Source of the DNA: Octopus sinensis | Taxonomy: Eukaryota | NCBI RefSeq assembly: GCF_006345805.1 | Contig: NC_043000.1 | Span: 37,820,001 to 37,884,000, forward strand | DNA length: 64,000 nt | Reading direction: 5' to 3' | Part shown: positions 53,314-64,000 of the stretch, piece after piece | Layout of the letters: every line of letters begins with the position of its first letter | How positions within the stretch are numbered: the stretch's first letter is position 1 | Program-made: the position numbers and the translations under genes | The notes under the pieces: generated by a model | What the model saw: the letters and a program-made list of their open reading frames with translations, nothing else | Told to the model about the DNA's origin: nothing | Databases searched by the model: none

Positions 53314-53866
53314 CATACATATACATATCATACATCTATATATATATATATAAACAAGGAGTTACAAACATCTTTACTTTGAGATTTTTGCAACCCTGGT
53401 AACTATTTATTTATTTTTTCCGTGTTAATTGTTAACAAGGTAAAAATACATTCATCTATTGATATATATATATATATATATAAAATACAAAATGGGACAA
53501 GAACGCAAAACATGCAGACAGGTGATACAAAAAAGAGACAACAAAACATCCGGATAGACAATACAAAGAAAGCGGTTCCACTCGCTATGAAACATATGTC
53601 GTCCGGATCTTACCTACTCCATTCTGTAACTCTTGTATTCTTATTCGCACTCCCGGCAAACCTGGTTGCCTATCGTGAAATATAAAAAGAACTTTTTTCA
53701 GTTAATCGTACTTCGATACGAAAAGAATCTACAACCTTCCGTCTCAATAAACCACTATTGTCACTGAAAGTTGTTTTTTATATTTACTATGGATTGCTTG
53801 AAGCTAACTTTTCTTCTTACATCTCGATACTTGGATCTATCTATGAATCTATCTATCTATCTCTCT

Positions 53867-53899
<33 letters not shown>

Positions 53900-54776
53900 A
53901 TATCTATCTATCTATCTATCTCTCTCTCTTTCTCTCCTCTCCTCTCAGTGCGTATATTATATATATATATTGTGTGGTGTGGTGTGTGTATTGGCAGGGC
54001 AAGACTGCTAGGTAGTCGGCCGTATGCTAGAAATAGATCATCAACGAATCAAACTACAAAGAAAGTTCTCTAAAGGAAAATTCACAGCGAACACACCAAA
54101 CCAAATTTGGCGGGCAGGACAGATGAAAATTTATATAAAAAACAGAATTAATATATATATAAAACGGCGACCTAATTTCAGGAAATCTAACATCTTTCCT
54201 TTCCACGATTACTCTCCTCCCCTTTTTTCTCCTTGTCTCGTTCTCACCCCACCCCGTATAGATTATTTCCCCTTCTTTCTGCAAACACGTTAATTAATGC
54301 ACCCGGTTAAGATATTCATATTATTTCCTTATATGTCACAAGAGCGCAGTATTACATCGCAACTGCTTCGCAACGTTGCTCCATGCATAATATGATCAAA
54401 AGATGGCGGGATATATAAATACAAATATATGAATATGTGTGTGTGTGTGTGTATGTGTGTGTGTGTGTATCACGTGATCACATGATTGACCAGACTATCG
54501 GATGTTGTTATACATAGCTGGTCACAATACATTTTGCACCTTTTTAGCATTCGCCGCTGTTGAGGTGGCGAAGTGGTGAGCAGGCTAACCCACTCCACCC
54601 TGATCGGATGGCTAGTTCTTGCAGGGTCACCCATTTACAGCCGAACGGACTGGACCAACGTGTAATGAAGTGTTTTGCTCAACAACACAACATAACAGAA
54701 CGGCTGGTCCGGGAATCGGACTCGCAAACTAGCGATCGCGAGTGCAACGCTCTCACCACTGGGCCACGTGCCTTCA

Positions 54777-54827
<51 letters not shown>

Positions 54828-55893
54828 TACAAATACACCCACATACACAAACAGACAGACACACATGGTGATTCTTCAATAAAGTCTTCGATACTTTTAT
54901 GAACAGCTATAAATAAAAGCGGGCATTATTAATATACATGCGTACACGCATAAAGATGTAATGCATTCTATATGTCTGCCTGACCAATCGACCAAAGTAT
55001 TCAGAAACGTGAGTAGTTTAAATTCTCCGAAATGAATTGAGATTCGGCACATGACGCTATTGTTTGCAGGCAAGGCATGCTTGATTGAGTAACGCAGTAT
55101 AGCGTTATGTTTTTGTGTTCACATGTAAACACGTACATTGAGATATGCATACACATGCAGATAAAAGAATATTGCGCTTGCGCTGGTGTCTCTCAGTCTG
55201 TTTGCCGGTCTAGGAGGATTGCAACGCTTTGTACAAATATGGATGAAAGTCAACAAAAAGGAAAGGAGTTGACATGCACAGGTAAAAGTTTCTGCGTGTG
55301 ATTGCTAGTTATAACAACAATGTATTATGTTAATTACCTGTGCGATAAAGTAAATGTTCGTGATTTGTACATCTACTTATGAAGACAAGGAGAAAGTATT
55401 TCCATCTTTGAATTTAGCATATTAGGTGGCTGTGACAATATTATATTATTCTGATAAGCACGGAAGTTATATGAGCCTGTTAACAGATGAGGGTGTGATG
55501 TCGATATTGACGACTTTCTTTTGGAATTATAGATGTCTTCATTCTCCAGATTTTGGAAATATTTAGAGAAGGTAGTGATCCTTTCGTTCTTTTTTTTTAA
55601 CCTTATACATCGATATCTTTATATCTTATCTTAAAAGTACTTTCGGGTAGAAATATTTCATGGTTTTCATCAGTATCAGTTCATTTAAGATCTACACGTT
55701 TTTAATGTATATATTGGGGAGGGGACAAGTACTGGCGTTATGATAGTTACCATCACGTAGGGATCATATTTGTATTTCAATATATTAGAGATCACTTCTT
55801 GACCACAACAATACAGATAAAGACATTCTCAGAATTGTACATCACATTAACAGTATTTACAGTTCATAGTTCGGTGAATCTTTTGGTGAAGAG

Positions 55894-56956
55894 CAGCGTT
55901 TCTCAAACAGGGTTCCCCGGAACCCTAGGCTTTCCCGGAACCCTAGGCTTCCACAAAAGGTTCCTAGGGGTTTTGCGAAAAAGATTGAGACAAGCTAATG
56001 CTAATTTCATGAAAGTAACATTACTTTACATACACAACATATTATTGGTTATTGTAATATTGTAATATAGAATCATCCTTTCTAACCTGTTATGCTATCA
56101 AAGAAGTATTAATTTTTACTTAAACCAGTTATTAATACACACACACACACACACACGCACACATACACATACATACATACATATGTGTGTGTGTGTGTAA
56201 TTATATACTTTTATTCTTTCAATTTTTTCCCTGTCATTTGACTGCAGTCATGCTGGAGCACCCAAGGACTTATTCTTTGTTAACCTAGTATTTATACTAT
56301 AGGTCTCTTTTGCCGAACCGCCGATTAACACATCAGCATCAGTGTCAATCGATGGTGGGGGGAGACAAACACAGACACACAAATACATACATTCATACAT
56401 ACATACATACATACACATACACACATACACACACACCTATATATATACATATGTATGTATGTATGTATGTATGCATGTATGCATATATGTATATGCGGAA
56501 GAGCGTAGGCTCGAAATGTTAAAGACTTTTTCACTTCTCGAGCGTTATACTAGTACATCTGTTTGTTGTCTACACCACCTGTCTTCGTCTTTTGTTTTTT
56601 TTTGTGAATTCTCCCCCTATATATACATTTATATATATGTATACATGACGGGCTTCTTTCAGTTTCCGTCAACCAAATCCACTCACAAATCTTTAGTCTG
56701 CCCGAGGCCTTAGTACAAGACACTTGCCCGAGGTGCCACACAGTGGGTCTCAACTCGGAACCGTGAGGTTTGGAAGCAAGCTCCTTGCCACACAGCCATT
56801 CTGCGCCTATAGGGGTTCACATATGTGTGTGTCTATGTATAGAGATAGATAGCTAGATAGATAGATATGCTACATAATCTTTTTTGTTCAGGGGTTCCTT
56901 GATGCATGTAATTTATTTTAAGAATTAAGCAAGGGTAAAAAGGTTGAGAAACACCG
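55894..56956. mobile_element. hAT (Charlie-like) MITE with nested insertions
   Basis: TIRs cagcgtttctcaaac / gttgagaaacaccg. 8-bp TSD gtgaagag / gtgtagag (7 of 8 match). Confidence 0.75.
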
Positions 56957-57717
56957 GTGTAGAGGAATATAAGTTTGTATTAGGTTTAGATAACAATAAG
57001 GCCGCTTAAACCATATCATCACTATGTTTTGTCGTTTTACATTCCTATAACACAGTATCACACCATATGAACGATGTGTTTATACACCAATCCTCCATAA
57101 AAATAAATCTATACACATTTTTCGTATATTTTCGATGGACCTTTGCTAAATGCAACACAAAAACAGAGCAGAATATCTCGAAGAACTTTATAGAACATCG
57201 TCTGTATATAGTTCTCTCAGTTCTACAATTCCAAAACTGCAGCCATTGCATCGTTCATTCGAGTTCCTTAAAAAACCTCGCCAAAATACATATTCAACAG
57301 TTTATGAAAATCTTACGAGTTTATAAAATATTCTATACATTTCTCTCCATTAACTTACTAATCACTCATACTACTAATATATTTTGCTATTAATTTACTT
57401 CGTAATCACTCATACACGCAACTTAAGACCAGCATCGAGAGTGTAATATTTCTTCAATATTGATTGAAGCTCATTCGCACAAATGATATAGTTATTAGTA
57501 TATATAATCCTAATTTGTATATTCGCCTGAATTCATGAACCTTCGTCTAAATACCTTATAAAGTTTCTTAAATTCTACTCACGTACACATAGGTTACAAC
57601 TGAACACGAAGCTATGCTCATACACAAAAAGAAACATCTCCGATATACATGAATATAATTACATATACACATCAATATATACATATGTATGTATGCATAT
57701 TTATATATACGTAAGCA

Positions 57718-57765
<48 letters not shown>

Positions 57766-58312
57766 TGCACAAATAAAATAAAAATGTGTACATATACACA
57801 CAGACACATACATATTCGTACACATTAATCCACATATGCAAGCACACATATAACTTAGACGAATACATGTATATTCTTAGATATATATATATACTTATAT
57901 GCATGTATATGTACACACACACACACAGCCACGTACATACGCTCACTCACACAAATATGTGTGTTTATTTATCTTATACATTTTACTCACACATATTCCT
58001 ATACATATGTTACAGAAATTACCCAAATACTGAGACAAGCACCGCAAACCTAACATAAATATTTATTTATATTTATATATCGACTAGACATCTTGAAGCT
58101 TGCCCGATTTGCTCTAATAGAATTAATGTTTCAAACCTTATGTAAAAAAGACGATTGATAGGAAAACAGAATATTTATGGCAACAAGCAAGATCAATGCT
58201 TCCTACAACGAACTATAAAGATAGATATGTGGGCAGCTGTGATGGAGCGGGGGATGGAGTAAAATATTATATTAATCATTTTTGCAATCTCAAATCAATT
58301 ATACACACACAT

Positions 58313-58343
<31 letters not shown>

Positions 58344-58481
58344 GTGGGTGTGTGTGTGTGTGTGTGTATATATATGTATGTATATATATGCGTGTATGTA
58401 TGTGTGTGTATTTCTGTGTGTGCACACAATCATACAAGCTTTTATCCACTTTTTTGTGTCCACGTGTATGCATGTATATAT

Positions 58482-58560
<79 letters not shown>

Positions 58561-58636
58561 AGCTATGTATGTACGTGTGTGTGTGTATATATATATATAT
58601 GTATATAAACATATACATATATATACATAAATATAA

Positions 58637-58686
<50 letters not shown>

Positions 58687-59694
58687 TATGTATATATATA
58701 TAGATGCAAACACACACGCGCACTCACACACTCATACACACACATACACAAACACATATGTATTCATAGATGTGTGTTCGTGTCAATAAAATCTATAGGC
58801 GTCTCTGTTTAACAAGTTTATTCTAAATATTAGATTTTTATTGGTCCTTTCATGTTAGAATAGAACATCCGCTCGGCACCATTTGATATTCCTTTCTAGT
58901 TCTTCAACATCTTTCTGTTCCCACGAAATGAAAATACTGCGTCTGTCGGCTTATTTGTTTATCAATATTCTTGTCTGTTGCTCACCCCGTCGATATATAT
59001 TTTCCTCTGTTACAGTGTACAGAAAGAAAGCAGAATTCAGATCATTTACGCTGTTCTCTTCATATTAGAAGCTTTATGGTTTCACTGTGGCTGTTCAGCA
59101 ACACGGATCAAGGCGACTTGTCACTCGGCTTTCACATCATGTGACCGTTGGGTCTTAGATGTCTTCAAACCATTACCGAGTGAAAATGCGACGTTGTTCG
59201 TGTGTTTGTGCCTTTTGTCGAAATCGTGTCTTCTGTTGCAGAAATATAGTGACTGAAAGAAACTACCTAGGGTCGGCTTCTGCGTGGAAACGGAATTGTT
59301 ATATCCGTACAAACACACTTAACAACATGAGCACACATACGAACACATGCAGATACACACACACACGTATGTGTGTATATACCGGAGTAAACACATAAAT
59401 GTGAAACAAGGTGGAAAAAAGAGTACTCAAATACCAGTGGTAGAGTAATATGTTTTATTTAAGGCAGCAGAAAATTCAACAAAACCTGTTACTCTGAGTT
59501 TCCCGTTGCCGGCAACGGGAAACAACTCAGAGTAACAGGTCTTGTTGAATTTTCTGCTGCTTTAAATAAAGTATATATATATATATATATATATATAGTA
59601 GTAGTAATAAAAATAATATATATGCATATATGTATATATACGTTTAAATATTTGTTGTGCAAGATTTTTTATGTGAAGTCGTGTGTTGAAACAG

Positions 59695-60154
59695 ATATTG
59701 TTATATTCCGGAATGGTCATATTGCCAGTTTAGCCAATAAAAACACACGCACTATATATTTGGTGTTATTTTGCTTCAGTGATATTTATTTTTTACATTA
59801 ATCTTAATCTTATTTCGGCCAAAGTTCTTTCGTCACACTCCTGTGACCGCATCAGTGGTCCTTTGTTTTCTTCTCACTTACTTGTGTCTCTCCTTACTAA
59901 CCGTCAGCCATTTTATATTCAATATATATAAAATATAAAATGGCTGACGGTTAGTAAGGAGAGACACAAGTAAGTGAGAAGAAAACAAAGGACCACTGAT
60001 GCGGTCACAGGAGTGTGACGAAAGAACTTTGGCCGAAATAAGATAAGATTAATGTAAAAAATAAATATCACTGAGCAAAATAACACCAAATATATAGTGC
60101 GTGTGTTTTTATTGGCTAAACTGGCAATATGACCATTCCGAAATATAACAATAT
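59695..60154. repeat. Near-perfect foldback, 225/223-bp arms, 12-nt spacer
   Basis: One mismatch and two 1-nt indels by manual alignment. Confidence 0.95.
59993..60032 (+). ncRNA. Hammerhead-like motif in foldback arm (mirror copy 59819-59858 on minus)
   Basis: CCA-CUGAUGC-G-GUCAC(AGGAGU)GUGAC-GAAA-G-AA-CUU^UGG; A9 appears replaced by C. Confidence 0.4.
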
Positions 60155-60161
60155 GTATATG

Positions 60162-60217
<56 letters not shown>

Positions 60218-62105
60218 ACATATGGATACAGAACGTCACCAACTGTAAACAACATGAAGTACGAAAGCAAACAAGTTAAATACGCAAACAACGAGAAAGA
60301 AAAATTGAAAACAGGACAAGTAACACAAAGAACGACACTTCATCTGTTGTCGGCTGTCTATCAACTCCTCATTTCGAGCATTCAACGATAATATGAGTCT
60401 TCGAAAACAGTTGCTCCCATAACTTCCACAATATATTTTAGATTTTCTGGAGGGTCAAAGTTGGAAAAAAAAATAACAGTGGAGGCTTACAAGAAAACTG
60501 AACAAAAAGAAACATGGAGGGTCGTTAGACCAGAAAGAGATAAAAATAGTGAATGTTGGGAGAAATATTTCTTTGAGAAAAGAAAAGATAGAAGAGAGCT
60601 ATTAAAGAAGAAGCACTCGGAATACTTGCATCCGGTGCAATTGCAGCTAAAAACTACACAGGATTCGACTCAGTTTTTAGATCAACCGACCAAGGTAACA
60701 CTAACGATAATAATATTTCTTTTGGCACTTTAAAAGTTATGTCGGACAACACAGTATGAGATCCAGCTACGGACTGACCCATCCCATCACATCAAAGGGA
60801 CACCAGACCAACATCAGAATACATCAAACAAGACACAGGAAACTTCTCTAGAACCTACGTCGTCTCACGAATTGTTAGAAACACGATTACAACATGCAAT
60901 ATGAATACAGCAGAAGGGATATTCAACAAATACGAAGGAGACGACAAAGGCTGCCACACAGTCAAACATTACGCAAACGGCGTCGTGGAATCAGAAGACT
61001 ATATTGTACCGTACTGGATGACAAGCTGGAGACGTTCAAACCAATTCGAACGGTTGACTATGACAGCAACACCACACAGGAGTCACAAATTAGGTGTCAA
61101 AATTGACAACATAGTCTGTGGAGAGTGGACTACATGAAACAAGGAAGAAGTTTTCGTGGATTCACCTACACCGTATTTCGAATTATATGTAGATAGCAGT
61201 TCTTACATAGGTTTCGGTAACCTACACACCATCTCGCGCTTACTTAACGCCGGATTCAAAGTCATACAGCCTACAATCTTTGATCACCTGAAGCTGCCAA
61301 AATATAAATACTACTAAAAATATTCCAAACTCATACATCGATCAAAAGCTCGGAATCTTGGTAGCCTGCGCTCTTAACCACTACGTCATATGCCCGTGGG
61401 CATAGATAGTGTACATAATTCCTCATCTCTTAAATATAGAACTGAAGTCATATCTGATTGCAAGTTCATGGAACTTATCGCCGGTCAATATTATCAAAGT
61501 AGAATACGGCGGATTGAACCCGTAGAGCTGTTAGCGTGCCGAGCAAAATGTCCGTCTTTTATGTTCTGTTCAAATTCCGCTGAGGTCGACTTTGCTTTTC
61601 ATCATTTCGAGATCGATAAAATAAATATCAGTCGAAGACTAGGGGTTGATTTATTCGTTTTGCTGTCCTTGTGTCAAAATCTGAAACCATTATTATCAAA
61701 AGAGAATGCGGTGAGCTGGCAGAATCGTTCATGTTCCGGACAAAATGCTTAACGACATTACTTCCGGTTCTTTATTTATGATTTCAAATGCTTCTTTCGG
61801 GGTCGGTAAAATAAAGTACTTGTTCAACACCGGGATCCGTGTTATCTTTTTTATCTTCTTCAGATTTGCTGTCTTTGTACCAAAATTCGAAAGAAAAAAA
61901 AATTGCCACAGGAAGAAGGGAGGTGAAGAACAAAAGACGAGTTTTACAATCCAGTTTAGATTGAATGGGATGAGGATGGAGACTTATATACACAAAGAAA
62001 AAAAAAAAAAGAAATGGTATTTTTGCTCCTCAGCCAGCAGATCCGAGGGCCAGAAACATATCAGGCCGAGATATTGCCTTTAATTTAATTATTTTTTGAT
62101 GATTT

Positions 62106-62510
62106 AGGCGCAGGAGTAGCTGTGTGGTAAGTAGCTTGCTTACCAATCACATGGTTCCGAGTTCAGTCCCACTGCATGGCACCTTGGGCAAGTATCTTCT
62201 ACTATAGCCTCGGGCCGACCAAAGCCTTGTGAGTGGCTTTGGTTGACGGAAGCTGAAAGAAACCCGCTGTATGCATACATATATATGTATATGTATATAT
62301 ATATGTATGTGTGTGTTTGTGTGTCTGTGTTTGTCTCCCATTATCGCTTGACAGCCGATGATGGTGTGTTTACGTCCCCGTCACTTAGCGGTTCGGCAAA
62401 AGAGACCGATAGAATAAGTACTAGGCTTATAAGGAATAAGTCCTGGGGGCGATTAGCTCGACTAAAGACGGTGCTTCAGCATGGCCGCAGTCAAATGACT
62501 GAAAAAAAAA
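62106..62510 (+). mobile_element. Full-length SINE family B
   Basis: Colinear with 44313-44725. Confidence 0.85.
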
Positions 62511-62717
62511 ACAAGAATTTAAAACTCGATCGTTTAATGCGTTTCTGTTAATTAAATGAGGAGAGTGTGATGTAAAGAAAATTTGGCTGACATTTTTCAC
62601 CCATCGGTCGGCTGCTCGACCGCCTTGATGGAAATTGGTTCGTTAAAAACGTATCAAGTTACATATTTAGTTTGACAAACATAAGTAGTGCATGTGTATG
62701 TGTGTACATACATACAT

Positions 62718-62824
<107 letters not shown>

Positions 62825-63168
62825 TAAAATTAAATAAGGGTAGAAATTGATATTAATCAATTAAAACCAGTGGCCTAGCATATTTTAAAAAATCCGAAGA
62901 TTAAAAATTATTTTACATACAAAATTTAGAGGACTGGCCACTAAAAGTGGACACCTATATACTAGAAATAGACGTCAAAATCGCCAATTTCCACGAAGAA
63001 TGTGTTCTCAAGAAAAAAAATTCAGCAAAAAACCAAAGAGTTGCTTTTTTGCTGAATTTTTATCTTGAGAATGCATTCTTCGTGGAAAATGGTGATTTTG
63101 ACGTCTATTTCTAATATATAGGTTGTCCACTTTAAGTGGTCAGTCCTCTAAATTTTGTGTATATATAT

Positions 63169-63206
<38 letters not shown>

Positions 63207-63425
63207 CGACGGGCTTCTTTCAGCTTCCGTTTACCAAATCCACTCACAAGGCTTTGGTCGGCCTGAGGTTATAGTAGAAGACTGAACCCGGAACCATGTG
63301 GTTGTTAAGCAAGCTACTTACTACATAGCCATGCCTGCGCTTTCATATATATATATACGCACACACACATTCTTATATATATATGCATATATAGGTATAT
63401 ATGGGTGTATGTATGTATGTATGTG

Positions 63426-63465
<40 letters not shown>

Positions 63466-64000
63466 CATACGCACACACGCATACACACACATACACATGT
63501 ACGTATGCATGTGTCACCTCTTCGTTTGTCCTTCGCTCTTTTTGAAAGGTTACTGTAGTGTTTTGATACGAAGAAGTGCCCCCCCCCATCCAAACTCGGG
63601 TCACACGCAAGATCCGCAATGGATCCAATGGAGATTACGGATGGGTGGTCAGTGAGGCTTGTTATATAACCTGCAATATTATTCTAAACATCTTGAATAT
63701 GGTAAACGATATGAAACAGAACACACGACCCGAAGACAGCGTATTAGAATTCGAAATAATTTCATAAATGTGAAAAATGCGAGGAATATATACCTCTGAC
63801 GCAAATTATAACTTGATTCGCAAGCTATTGATTTAATAGGAGGCCCCTGTATAACGAAAGTGTATTCGGCTGTTAAAAGCGTTTGAAGTGAGCTACATCA
63901 ATATGCAGAATATGTTGGTAAATGCATTTATAATTCACTGCGCATTAGAATATTCCGCTATATACATTCGTTTGTCACACACGAAGCTTCGGAAGGCAAG

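Overview
AT-rich, microsatellite-saturated animal genomic DNA. The SINE families and repeat landscape suggest an octopus or other coleoid cephalopod (inference). One host gene is supported: a minus-strand Prdm8-like PR/SET-domain zinc-finger gene, modelled as 4 coding exons (49872-49651, 26077-25922, 24811-24592, 20781-19499; 626 aa) with a 23.6 kb first intron that contains a 100-N gap. The rest is mostly mobile DNA: two full-length dead mariners, mariner/maT/hAT fragments and MITEs, Tx1/L1, CR1, RTE and R4/Dong-type LINE pieces, two Penelope-like (PLE) ORF remnants and many tRNA-derived SINEs. The most interesting signal is a set of short non-coding repeats carrying minimal hammerhead-ribozyme (HHR) cores, often with inverted or foldback duplications. 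The clearest case is a TSD-bounded composite at 48043-49482: inverted 3' segment + tRNA-like Pol III head + (AAT)n + canonical type I HHR. It looks like a SINE mobilised by Penelope machinery, later invaded by a Dong-type LINE. All family assignments come from motif recognition by eye, not from database searches.
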